Notes: generated from the letters alone by a model not told the origin. A stretch of DNA of 64,000 nucleotides from Bryobacteraceae bacterium (GCA_041486445.1 JBGPLI010000002.1:9066-73065), one strand, 5' to 3'. Shown: positions 45,779-54,952, counted from the first letter of the stretch. Translations and numbers: made by a program.

Positions 45779-46392
45779 CGTGGACCTCCTACGCTGGGAG
45801 TTCCCGGAGTGATTACGGTCGGCGTCCCACCCCCGCCCCCCCCACCGCCACCACCGCCGCTGCTGGAGCCACCCCGCGTGGCGGCCACCACTCCGCCGGC
45901 GGCGGCTCCTCCGGCGATCGCAAGAACGATCAGCACTTTCGCCGTTCCGCTCAACCCTTTCGAGGAGCCCGCCAGCTCGGCATTGGTTTGCGTGATGACG
46001 GCGCTGGCCGCCTGGCCCTGGAACGATGCCGTCACGCGAATCTGGAGCTGGCCGCTCAGATTGTTGGGGCGAATCCCGACGGCCGACGCCTGACCCTGGG
46101 CGTCGGTGTTAGTGGTGAGTGTCCGCGATCCGTTCGGAAACGTGCCGCTAGGGCCTTGCCCCGGCAGGGAGAAAACGACCGCGGCGCCCGCCACGGTTCT
46201 GCCGTTGACGTCCTCCACCCGCACCACCGGACTGCGGTTGACCCGCTGCTTGATATTGTTAATCGCGCCCTCTCCCTCCACAACCACGATCCGCAGCCCC
46301 GTCACGGGCTGCTGCGCCCACGCGGGCGACCGGACCAGATTGAGAAGGAGAAGCAGCGTCAGCAACATCGAATGCCACGCACCAGGCCGCAT
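45775..46392 (-). CDS. Hypothetical exported Ig-like protein with a C-terminal transmembrane segment and a Gly11 tract
   Basis: ATG at 46392 (MRPGAWHSMLLTLLLLLNLVRSPAWA). Hydrophobic VLIVLAIAGGAAAGGVVA, then SSSGGGGGGGGGGGTP. Confidence 0.5.
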   Translation of the reverse strand: MRPGAWHSMLLTLLLLLNLVRSPAWAQQPVTGLRIVVVEGEGAINNIKQRVNRSPVVRVEDVNGRTVAGAAVVFSLPGQGPSGTFPNGSRTLTTNTDAQGQASAVGIRPNNLSGQLQIRVTASFQGQAASAVITQTNAELAGSSKGLSGTAKVLIVLAIAGGAAAGGVVAATRGGSSSGGGGGGGGGGGTPTVITPGTPSVGGPR

Positions 46393-46448
46393 CGGGTCCT
46401 CCGCTCCACAACAAAGTACCATTACTACGGGGTGGGACGCACGCCGCC

Positions 46449-47177
46449 TCACATCGCGTGGTACTTGCCACGCTTGAAATTCCAGACCACCGAGAGGACG
46501 GCGCACCCGTATTTGATCGGGTTCAGATGCGATTTTTCTCCAGCGTAAATCGTGGGAATCGCGACCTCGGCGATGCGCAGCCCTTTTACGCGCGCCAGAA
46601 CGATCATTTCCAGGTCGAAGTCGAAAGAATGGGACAGCTTCTCAAACGGGATCGTCTCCAGCGCCTTGCGCGAGTACAGCATGTAGCCGCTGTGATACTC
46701 GGCGAGTGTCATGCCGAAGGCGCGGTTCTCGATCGCCGTGAGAATCTTGTTGGCGGCGAATTTGTACAGAGGCATCCCGCCGCGCAGCGCGCCGCCGTCA
46801 AGAAGGCGCGATCCTTGCACCAGGTCGGCCGTGTCGCGGTCGAACGGACCCAGCAGCTCGACGATCTTCTCGGGCGAATACTGTCCGTCGGAGTGCAGCA
46901 GGACGCCGGCGCCGGCGCCTTCCCGAAGCGCGTAACGCAGCAGGGTTTTTTCGGCTTCGCCATAGCCGCGATTGGACGGATGCGTCAGCACCACCAGGCT
47001 GGAGAACTCCTTTTGCAAACGTTCGAGCGCGGCCGCGGTGTCGTCCGAGCTGCCGTCATTGACGGCGACGTATCTCCGGATGCGCTGCCTTGCCTCGGGA
47101 GGAATCCGCGCGAACACCTTCTCGATGGTGGCGCCGGCATTGTAGGCCGGCATCAGTACGAAGACGTTCTCAACCAT
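46449..47177 (-). CDS. Family 2 glycosyltransferase (polyprenol-phosphate sugar synthase / ArnC-Dpm1-like)
   Basis: LMPAYNAGATI, VNDGSSDDT and HSDGQY (DxD-like) motifs. 242 aa, with no C-terminal transmembrane helices. Confidence 0.8.
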   Translation of the reverse strand: MVENVFVLMPAYNAGATIEKVFARIPPEARQRIRRYVAVNDGSSDDTAAALERLQKEFSSLVVLTHPSNRGYGEAEKTLLRYALREGAGAGVLLHSDGQYSPEKIVELLGPFDRDTADLVQGSRLLDGGALRGGMPLYKFAANKILTAIENRAFGMTLAEYHSGYMLYSRKALETIPFEKLSHSFDFDLEMIVLARVKGLRIAEVAIPTIYAGEKSHLNPIKYGCAVLSVVWNFKRGKYHAM

Positions 47178-48277
47178 TACTCACTGACACTGGCGGCGGT
47201 GCTGACGGTTTCGGCGGACCTCTTGTAGCCGGAAACGTAGTATCGCATGGTGGTCTCGAGCGTATCGCGGATGTTCCACACCGGATTCCAGCCCAGCAGC
47301 GTTCGCGCCTTGGTGATGTCGGGGATGCGGCGATCGGAGTCGTCGTAACCCTCCCCGTAGAATTCCTCGCCCGGCACGCTGACGATCTCGGGCAAGGGCG
47401 CCTGGTCCTGGCGGAATTTCTCCGCATAGATCTCGCACATCATCTCCGCCATCTGGCGAATCGAGACCTCGTTGTAAGGCGAACCGATGTTGAAGATCTG
47501 GCGGTCGCACACGCCGTTGGGGTTCTCCACGATGCGGTACATGCATTCGATCGCGTCGTCGATGTAGGTGTAGCAGCGCCGGCTCACGCCGCCGTTCACC
47601 AGCTTCATCCTGGTGCCGTTCAGCAGCGCTTCCATGAAGAAGGAAAACACCCTGGGGATGTCCTCTTCCTGCTGCGGAAGGTAGTCGATTTTCGGCCCGA
47701 TGAAGTTGAACGGCCGGATGATCGTGTAGTTGAAACCCTGCTCCAGACCGTAGGCGTGGAGCACCCGCTCCAGCAACTGCTTCGCGCACGAGTAAATCCA
47801 GCGGTGCTTGGAGACCGGCCCCAGGATGAACTCGCTCGAATCCTCGGAGAACGTGGCGTGGATGGGGTCTTCCGGGTCGGCGACGTTGGCGTGCTTCAAG
47901 CTGGCCGCCGTTCTGCCGTAAACTTCACAAGTCGAGAACTGGATCAGACGTTTCGAGTGCCGGACGCAGGCCTCGGCGATCTTCAAGTTCTCGATGAAGT
48001 TGAGATGAAAAACCTCCAGCGGGATGCGCAGATACAGGCCGGGATTCGCGTAAGCGATGAGATCGATGACCAGATCCGCGTCCCGTGCCAGGCGGTCGAG
48101 ATCCCACTCCGGGCTGCGGATGTCCTGCTGGATAAATGTCAGGTTCGGATGATCCAGACAGTCCGCGACCTTCTCCGTCTCCCGATCGACCGCGATGACC
48201 GTGTGCCCCTCCTTGAGCAAACGATGAGTGAGATGAGAGCCGATGAAGCCGGCGGCTCCCAGAGTAAGGATGTTCAT
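47177..48277 (-). CDS. NAD-dependent UDP-glucuronate decarboxylase-type SDR (ArnA C-terminal domain / UDP-xylose-UDP-apiose synthase-like)
   Basis: ATG at 48277: MNILTLGAAGFIGSHL (GxxGxxG), FSTCEVYG, YSCAKQLLE (YxxxK). Collinear resemblance to the ArnA decarboxylase domain (LEVFHLNFIENLKI versus ArnA ELDFEENLRI). Confidence 0.8.
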   Translation of the reverse strand: MNILTLGAAGFIGSHLTHRLLKEGHTVIAVDRETEKVADCLDHPNLTFIQQDIRSPEWDLDRLARDADLVIDLIAYANPGLYLRIPLEVFHLNFIENLKIAEACVRHSKRLIQFSTCEVYGRTAASLKHANVADPEDPIHATFSEDSSEFILGPVSKHRWIYSCAKQLLERVLHAYGLEQGFNYTIIRPFNFIGPKIDYLPQQEEDIPRVFSFFMEALLNGTRMKLVNGGVSRRCYTYIDDAIECMYRIVENPNGVCDRQIFNIGSPYNEVSIRQMAEMMCEIYAEKFRQDQAPLPEIVSVPGEEFYGEGYDDSDRRIPDITKARTLLGWNPVWNIRDTLETTMRYYVSGYKRSAETVSTAASVSE

Positions 48278-48312
48278 TTGGTACGCTGTCTCCGAGCCTA
48301 ACGTACTATCAT

Positions 48313-50214
48313 ATGCCACAGAATCCCGAGACTGCTCTGGCGATCGCCGTGTTAGTTTTGGCTCCGGCGGCCGCCTGGCTCGGGCTCCGGTGGCTGGGAT
48401 GGTGGGAGCGTCCGCTGGCGCGATTGGCCCGGCGGAAGTGGCTGGCGATCTGGATTGCCGCGGCGGCTCCTCTGGTTGTGCGTGCGCTGCTGCTGGCGTG
48501 GTATCCGATTCCGGAAGCGCGCGTCCACGATGAGTTCAGTTTCCTGCTGGCGGCGGACACCTTCACTCACGGGCGCGTTGTGTATCCGCAGCATCCGTTC
48601 TGGGTGCATTTCGAGAGCATGCATATTCTCTCGCGGCCCGTCTATGCGAGTGCGTTTCCGATAGGTCAGGCGTTGGTGCTGGCGGTCGGCAAGGTCCTGT
48701 TCGGCCAATTCTGGTTCGGGGTCTGGCTCAGCGCCGGATTCATGTGCGGCGCGATCTGCTGGATGCTCCAGGGATGGTTGCCGCCGAGGTGGGCGCTTCT
48801 TGGTGCGGTGCTGGTCATTCTGCGAATCGCCATCGCCAGTTACTGGATGAACAGCTATTGGGGCGGATGCCTGGCTGCGGCCGGAGGCGCGCTGGTGCTG
48901 GGAGCGCTGCCGAGAATCATGCGCACTCCCCACTGGCGCTACTCGGTGGCGATGGGCGTGGGGCTCGCGATTCTGGCGCACAGCCGTCCCTTCGAAGGCG
49001 CGGTCTTCGGCCTGACGGTCGCGGCCGTTCTGGTTTCCAAGCCGGCCGTGTTACGCCGGATCATCCTCCCGCTTGGTCTGGTGCTGGCGCTCACGGGTGC
49101 GGCGACCGCGTACTACTTCGCGCGCGTGACCGGCAAGCCCTGGATGGCGCCTTACGTTCTCGACCGCGACACTATGACCATCGCGCCTCACTTCATCGTG
49201 CAGCGGCCCACTCCGGAACCGCTCTATAACAACCCGGAGATGCGGTTCTTCTACACGAGCTCGGAGATGAACGATTATCTGAAAGCGCGTTACTCGCCGC
49301 TTCGAGAGCTGTGGAATAAAGTGGGCGCTTACTGGCGTTTCTACTTTGGACCGCTGCTCGCGATTCCGCTGGTGAGTGTGCTGTTTCTGTGGCGGGACCG
49401 CAAGAGCCGGCAACTTCTGTGGATGGGCGCGGTCTTCTCGCTCTCGCTGGCCGGCCAGGTCTGGCACAACGAGCACTATGCGGCGCCGGCGACCGGACTC
49501 GCGATCCTGATCGTCATAGCAGGCATGCGCAGGCTGAGGCTCTGGTGGTGGAGCGGCCGCCCGGTGGGGTTGTGCCTGGTGCGCTGTCTGCCGCCGGCTT
49601 GTCTCATCATGCTGTTGATCCGGATCATCGCCGGCCCCGCGCCAGTCGGGTCCACGGAGGCGAGGAGTTGGCGCTGGCCTTCGGAAGGAGGCGTGGCGCG
49701 CGCTCGCGTCCTCAAGCAACTTGAGAGTTCGGGCGGGAAGCAACTGGTGTTTGTGCGGTATACAGCGGCGCACGATCCCGGCGACGAGTGGGTCTACAAC
49801 GGCGCGGATATCGACAGTTCGCCCGTGGTCTGGGCGAGAGAACTGGATCGCGACAGCAACGCCAGGCTGATGCAATATTTCGCGGCCAGGCGCGCGTGGC
49901 TGGTGGAGCCCGACCTGCCGTCTCCCCGTGCGACTCCCTACCGGGAGGCTCCGCCCCGGCCGATGCCGTTCGTCCAAGTCGGCGCGCCCGGAATCGAAAT
50001 GCTGCGCTCGCCCGAGCACGTGAGACAAGAAATCCTGGAGAAAGCCCAGGCGCGCGAGGGCACGCTATTGAGCTGCGATCAATGGAACTTCTACTTCACC
50101 CAGGCGACCGGGGTCGACGGCCCGGACGTCGCCAACGGATGCTTCGCCGGAAGCGATCGCGGCCAGCCCGTCAGCTTTGAACGATTCTTTTCCTGGCTGC
50201 GGGTTCAGCGCTAG
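48313..50214 (+). CDS. GT-C-fold-like polytopic membrane glycosyltransferase candidate (ArnT/PMT-like) with a C-terminal soluble domain
   Basis: About 11-13 hydrophobic helices in the first ~430 residues. Acidic motif in the first extracytoplasmic loop (EARVHDEFSFLL). Divergently transcribed from the decarboxylase gene across only ~35 nt. Confidence 0.55.
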   Translation: MPQNPETALAIAVLVLAPAAAWLGLRWLGWWERPLARLARRKWLAIWIAAAAPLVVRALLLAWYPIPEARVHDEFSFLLAADTFTHGRVVYPQHPFWVHFESMHILSRPVYASAFPIGQALVLAVGKVLFGQFWFGVWLSAGFMCGAICWMLQGWLPPRWALLGAVLVILRIAIASYWMNSYWGGCLAAAGGALVLGALPRIMRTPHWRYSVAMGVGLAILAHSRPFEGAVFGLTVAAVLVSKPAVLRRIILPLGLVLALTGAATAYYFARVTGKPWMAPYVLDRDTMTIAPHFIVQRPTPEPLYNNPEMRFFYTSSEMNDYLKARYSPLRELWNKVGAYWRFYFGPLLAIPLVSVLFLWRDRKSRQLLWMGAVFSLSLAGQVWHNEHYAAPATGLAILIVIAGMRRLRLWWWSGRPVGLCLVRCLPPACLIMLLIRIIAGPAPVGSTEARSWRWPSEGGVARARVLKQLESSGGKQLVFVRYTAAHDPGDEWVYNGADIDSSPVVWARELDRDSNARLMQYFAARRAWLVEPDLPSPRATPYREAPPRPMPFVQVGAPGIEMLRSPEHVRQEILEKAQAREGTLLSCDQWNFYFTQATGVDGPDVANGCFAGSDRGQPVSFERFFSWLRVQR

Positions 50215-50223
50215 ACTGGAGCT

Positions 50224-50742
50224 ATGACAGTCCATCTCTGTTCCGCTGTTCTGATCGCGGCCGCCACGGCGTCGCTCTTGCACGCGCAAAACAATCCGCT
50301 CAGCGCCGATGCCAAACGCGCCTTTAACGGAATCAAGAACAACGTCTTGCGATCCGCCGAGAAGATGCCCGAGGAGAACTACAGCTTCAAGCCGGCTCCC
50401 GACGTCCGCAGCTTCGGCGAGCTGGTGGGTCATGTAGCCGATTATCACTACATTTTCTGCGGTGGGGCGAAGAGCGAATCGAGGGACCCCGTCATCGAGA
50501 CCACGAAAAAGTCCAAAACGGATCTCATCGCGGCACTCAAGGAATCCATGGCCTACTGCGACGCCATCTTCGACGCGCAGACCGATGCGAAGGCCGCCGA
50601 AACCGTCAAAGTCGAGAGCAGAGAACGAACCAGGCTGTCGGCTCTTTACACCGCCGTCGCCCATGACAACGAGCACTACGGCAACATGGTGACCTATCTG
50701 CGCATGAAAGGCCTGGTGCCTCCGTCGAGCGAGGGGCGGTAG
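50224..50742 (+). CDS. DinB-family protein, exported
   Basis: Signal peptide. Four-helix DinB pattern with His residues (GHVADYHY ... HDNEHYGNMVTYLR). Confidence 0.75.
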   Translation: MTVHLCSAVLIAAATASLLHAQNNPLSADAKRAFNGIKNNVLRSAEKMPEENYSFKPAPDVRSFGELVGHVADYHYIFCGGAKSESRDPVIETTKKSKTDLIAALKESMAYCDAIFDAQTDAKAAETVKVESRERTRLSALYTAVAHDNEHYGNMVTYLRMKGLVPPSSEGR

Positions 50743-50762
50743 CGGGGTGCTACAATGAGTTC

Positions 50763-51023
50763 GTGGCTCGCGGTTGGGAAAGTAAGTCCGTACAAGCTCA
50801 GATCGAGTCCGCCAGAGCCCGTCAGGGAAAGCCACGCATCATCCTGACGGCGGAACAAGTGGACACCGAGCGCAAGCGCGACAGCTTGCTGCTCCACCGC
50901 ACGCGCGTGCTTCACGATATCGAGGGCTGTCAGAATCCCCGCTATCGGAAGACGCTGGAGGACGGGCTCGCTTATCTCGAAGGACAACTGGTCGAGCTGG
51001 GGTGGCAGCGCTCCAAAGCCTAA
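50763..51023 (+). CDS. Small hypothetical protein
   Basis: 86-aa ORF filling the gap between dinB-like and guaA. Charged helical sequence. Confidence 0.45.
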   Translation: MARGWESKSVQAQIESARARQGKPRIILTAEQVDTERKRDSLLLHRTRVLHDIEGCQNPRYRKTLEDGLAYLEGQLVELGWQRSKA

Positions 51024-51024
51024 A

Positions 51025-52917
51025 CTATTCCCACTCGATCGTCGCCGGCGGCTTGTTGGTCAAATCGTAAAACACTGCCGCCACGCCCTCGACGGTTTGG
51101 AGTTCCCTGGCCATATCGCTGCGGCGTTCCGGGTTCATCCAGACGGCGTTGGCTGTCATGCCGTCCACCGATTGCACCGGGCGGAGCACCACTGAGTCGG
51201 GGCGGCCGGAGACGCCGACCGGAATCAGGATGACCGGGAACTGCCAGACTTCCGCATCGAATTCCCGAGACATCCGGCGCACGATGGCGTCGGCGCGCCG
51301 CAGCCGATCCAGCCGCTCCGCCGTCAGGGTCGCAGGATGGACGCGCATCTCGCCAAAGGGAGGGTGGCGCCCGACCACCGCAATCACGCGATTGATGCCG
51401 GTGAGACGATTGACCAGCCGCCCTGCGTCCTGTTCGGACTCGGGGAACGACTCGAGCGCCAGCACGTGCCGATAGGTCCGGGAATCTCCCTGCACGCCCA
51501 CCGAGCGCACGGGAAGAATCCAGCCTTCGACGGTCTGCTCGGGCGCTCCGCTCTGATCCGAGCAGAGACAGCGGATCGCCAGGCCAGGGCCGGGGAACGG
51601 ATGCCTGTCCAGCAGCTCGGCCGCGATTCCCAACTGGCGGCCGATCGACCTTACCTCGTCCTTATAGAACGATGCCAGCGGCTCAATGATCCGGCCTCCG
51701 GCGATCAGCTCCTGAATTCCCGCGACGCGATTGTGATGGGTCTTGATCAGCTCGGCTTTGGCGGTGCCCCCGGACTCGATCGTGTCCGGGTAAATGGTCC
51801 CCTGGCCGAGTATCCAGTGACCGTCGAGAAAGTGTTCGCTCTCGAGAATCCGTTCCTGCACCTCGACGAATTTTTCTCCAATGATGTGCCGTTTCCGCTC
51901 GGGGTCGGTGACGCCTTTGAGAGCGGTCAGAAACTGGTCGCGGGCGTCTTCCACGGCGAATGACCGGGCACCCAGGCGAGCGAAGTTGGCGCGCACGAAC
52001 TCGGTTTCGCCCTCGCGCATCAGGCCCGTATCGACGTAAGCGCCGTGCACACGCTCCGGTCCGAGCGCCCTCAGGCATAGCGTGTAGGCGACGGTTGAAT
52101 CCACGCCGCCGCTCACAAAGAAGAATACGCTGCGGCCGCCCGCCACCTCGCGGATCTGTTGTTCCACGGACGGGATCTGCCCGGCCGGGTCCCAATCGCG
52201 CGCGCACCCGCAAACATCGAACAGGAAATTGGAAAGGATCGTGCGCCCGCTCGGAGTGTGAGCGACTTCCGGATGAAATTGAACCGCGAACAGACGCTTC
52301 TGAGGCGCGGCCATCGCGGCGATAGGGCACGTGTCGGTGCGGGCCAGAACTTCAAAACCGGAGGGCGCTTTGACGACCAGGTCACGATGACTCATCCAGA
52401 CCTGCTGGCGGCCCTCGACGCCGCGAAAGATGGTGTCGGCGGCGCCGATGTCCAGTTGCGCGAAACCGTATTCCCCCTGGTCGCCTTTCTGCACCGAGCC
52501 GTCCAGCAGGTGCGCCATCAATTGCTGGCCGTAGCAGATTCCGAACACGGGCGTGCCGGAGGCGAGCAAGACGGGGTCGATGGTGGCGCTGCCCGGATCG
52601 TAGACGCTCGAAGGCCCCCCGGAAATAATCACGCCCTTGTGTCCGGCGAGCGCGGCGGCCGGAGTCTCACTGGGCGCGACGATTGCGTAAACGCCCAACT
52701 CGCGCACTTTGCGGGCGATCAAATGGCAATACTGCCCGCCCGCATCGAGGACGGCGATCTGCGCTTCCGATCCGATTGCTTTAGGGACGGCGATCCTGTT
52801 GCGCGAAGCGCTGCACCAGCAGCTTCTTGGCGTTCTCGAGCAACGCTCGGGCTTTCGGCAAGGCTTCGATGGACTTGGCCACGGCCGGGTCCTGCTCGAT
52901 GTCCACGCGCTGCGCAT
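51025..52917 (-). CDS. guaA: GMP synthase (glutamine-hydrolysing). The start codon is uncertain; the conserved N-terminus begins near 52776.
   Basis: GATase catalytic Cys in FGICYGQQL; PP-loop FFFVSGGVDSTV; C-terminal KPPATIEWE. There is no ATG/GTG/TTG between 52917 and the conserved IAVLDAGGQY strand. Confidence 0.9.
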   Translation of the reverse strand: MRSAWTSSRTRPWPSPSKPCRKPERCSRTPRSCWCSASRNRIAVPKAIGSEAQIAVLDAGGQYCHLIARKVRELGVYAIVAPSETPAAALAGHKGVIISGGPSSVYDPGSATIDPVLLASGTPVFGICYGQQLMAHLLDGSVQKGDQGEYGFAQLDIGAADTIFRGVEGRQQVWMSHRDLVVKAPSGFEVLARTDTCPIAAMAAPQKRLFAVQFHPEVAHTPSGRTILSNFLFDVCGCARDWDPAGQIPSVEQQIREVAGGRSVFFFVSGGVDSTVAYTLCLRALGPERVHGAYVDTGLMREGETEFVRANFARLGARSFAVEDARDQFLTALKGVTDPERKRHIIGEKFVEVQERILESEHFLDGHWILGQGTIYPDTIESGGTAKAELIKTHHNRVAGIQELIAGGRIIEPLASFYKDEVRSIGRQLGIAAELLDRHPFPGPGLAIRCLCSDQSGAPEQTVEGWILPVRSVGVQGDSRTYRHVLALESFPESEQDAGRLVNRLTGINRVIAVVGRHPPFGEMRVHPATLTAERLDRLRRADAIVRRMSREFDAEVWQFPVILIPVGVSGRPDSVVLRPVQSVDGMTANAVWMNPERRSDMARELQTVEGVAAVFYDLTNKPPATIEWE

Positions 52918-54400
52918 CTTCGTAGCTGAACGCGGTGATGTACATCTCGCGCTTCAGTTGTTCCTTGATCCACTGGTGGTTTTCGGTGAACTGGGCCTCG
53001 GTGAACTCGGCGCCGCTCTTGAGCAGGGCCTGGTGGAAGTCGTTGACCAGGTTCTCGTCCGGCTCCCAGCCCTTGGGAAGCTTGGCGTCGGCCTTGCCGC
53101 CGAAGTACTTCGCGGAGAAGTTGAAGAAGGCGTACTTGCGCAGCGCCTCGATCTGAAATTTATTCAGCTTTGCGGGCGTGTACTTTTCGTCGGGCGTGAT
53201 CCCGCCGCCGCCGTAGACGGTGCGGCCGCTGTCGGTCATCTTCACGTCGGCCGGGTTCTTCTGCTCCAGGTTGTTGTGATAGTAGTAATCGAGGAACGAG
53301 ATGTTCGAGTAGTCGCGCTGGATCAGGCGGCCGCTGGGCGTGTAGTAATGCGCCGTGGTCAGCGCCAGTCCGGTGCTATCGCTGAGCGGGAACACCGTCT
53401 GCACCAGGCCCTTGCCAAACGTGGTCTCGCCGACCACCCAGGCGCGGTCGTGATCCTGCAGCGCGCCGGTTACAATCTCCGCCGCCGAGGCCGAGGTCCG
53501 ATCCACCAGCACCACGACAGGGTACTCGCGCCCGCCGTTGTCCTTGTGGGCGAAGTAATTCTTGTTCGGCTGGGCGCGGCCGCGGTGGCTCACCACCAGC
53601 TCGTTCTTTTTAAGGAAGTGGCCCGCCACCTCGACGCCCTCGTTCAACAGCCCGCCCGGGTTGCCTCGAAGATCGAGCACCAGCCCCTTGACGTCCTTTT
53701 CGCCGAGCGCCTTGAGCTTATCCTCCAGCTCCTTGCTGGTGGTTTCATTGAACTGTGTAACCTTGACATAGGCGATGCTGGGCCTGATCCAAAACGCCTC
53801 CGGCACGCTGAAGCGAGGGATCTCTTCGCGGACGATGTTGAACGCGATCGGCATCTCGACACCCTCGCGCGCCACTGTCACCTGAACGTGCGTTCCGCGC
53901 GGCCCTTTGAGCAGGTCCGCGATTTCCGTGGTGTTCAGGCCCTCGGTCTTTTTGCCGTTGACATCGAGGATGACGTCGCCCGGCCGCAATCCCGCCTTGG
54001 CGGCGGGCGATCCGCCGAACGGAGCGATCACGATGGTCTTGCCTCCGCGCGGGCCCACCTGCATGCCGACGCCGAAGTAGTGGCCGCGTTGATCCTCGCG
54101 CAAGGCCTCATAACTCTTGGGATCGAAGAAATTCGAGTGCGGGTCGAGCGTGCGCAGCATGCCCGGAACCGCGCCGTTGTAGATGGCCTTGTCGGCCTTC
54201 ACCGAATCGGCGAAGTTCTGCTCCACCGCGTCGTAAACTTTGGTGAACGACTTGAGGCTCTGGCTGACCGGATCGTCCGGCGGGCCGGCCGCGAAAACTC
54301 CTTTTCCGCCAAAGACCCCAGCGGCGAGCGAACAGAGTGCGATGAAAACCGGGACGAGAAGATAGGATCGACGCGACGGCATCCGGTGGCCTCCAGCCAT
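52781..54400 (-). CDS. S41-family C-terminal processing peptidase with PDZ domain
   Basis: PDZ (AGLRPGDVILDVNGK). Catalytic region VVVLVDRTSASAAEIV and TFGKGLVQ. N-terminal membrane anchor. Confidence 0.85.
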   Translation of the reverse strand: MAGGHRMPSRRSYLLVPVFIALCSLAAGVFGGKGVFAAGPPDDPVSQSLKSFTKVYDAVEQNFADSVKADKAIYNGAVPGMLRTLDPHSNFFDPKSYEALREDQRGHYFGVGMQVGPRGGKTIVIAPFGGSPAAKAGLRPGDVILDVNGKKTEGLNTTEIADLLKGPRGTHVQVTVAREGVEMPIAFNIVREEIPRFSVPEAFWIRPSIAYVKVTQFNETTSKELEDKLKALGEKDVKGLVLDLRGNPGGLLNEGVEVAGHFLKKNELVVSHRGRAQPNKNYFAHKDNGGREYPVVVLVDRTSASAAEIVTGALQDHDRAWVVGETTFGKGLVQTVFPLSDSTGLALTTAHYYTPSGRLIQRDYSNISFLDYYYHNNLEQKNPADVKMTDSGRTVYGGGGITPDEKYTPAKLNKFQIEALRKYAFFNFSAKYFGGKADAKLPKGWEPDENLVNDFHQALLKSGAEFTEAQFTENHQWIKEQLKREMYITAFSYEDAQRVDIEQDPAVAKSIEALPKARALLENAKKLLVQRFAQQDRRP

Positions 54401-54451
54401 CCCCAGTATAACAGCTTCTGGGAAATTACAAGCCCCTGAATTTGAATCCGG

Positions 54452-54952
54452 TTAGCCCACCCGCATCCGGCGGGCGGCGAGCCCAGGCTCCATGCGGACC
54501 GGCTTGCGCTCCACCTCGGTCAGGCGCCGCGCCTGGTCGCTGACCGACACCAGGAACATGGGCTGGCGGGCGTTCTTGAGGATGTCGATGATCCGGTCGT
54601 GCTGGTCTTCCAGGTAGATCGATTTTCCGTCGGTGACCAGGTGCAGCTCGGAAGACGCCTGGAGCACCTCTGCCAGCCTCTTGCCCATCTCGCGCTGGAG
54701 GAACCGCAGCACCCGCCGGATCTTCTGGAGGGAAAATCCCTTGCGCCGCAGCTCGGCGATCACCGTGATCTCGATCACCTCGGCCGCGAAGTACACGCGG
54801 CGGTGCCCCTCATGCCGCGGTGAAACCACCTTGCGCTCGTCCCACCATTGCAATTGCCGCAGGCTCACGCCCGCAATCTGGGCGACATCGCTCGAGGAAT
54901 AAGTCCGATCCTGGCTCGGGGGTTCGGGGCGGCTCTTGCGGGCTTTAAACAT
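54452..54952 (-). CDS. MerR-family transcriptional regulator
   Basis: ATG at 54952. HTH YSSSDVAQIAGVSLRQLQWWDERKVVSP...RVYFAAEVIEITVIAELRRKGFSLQKIR. Confidence 0.75.
   Translation of the reverse strand: MFKARKSRPEPPSQDRTYSSSDVAQIAGVSLRQLQWWDERKVVSPRHEGHRRVYFAAEVIEITVIAELRRKGFSLQKIRRVLRFLQREMGKRLAEVLQASSELHLVTDGKSIYLEDQHDRIIDILKNARQPMFLVSVSDQARRLTEVERKPVRMEPGLAARRMRVG

Noticed and set aside
52709-54439. 576-aa plus-strand ORF opposite the S41 peptidase
   Set aside because: It is an antisense artefact. The minus strand encodes the PDZ domain plus the S41 catalytic motifs.
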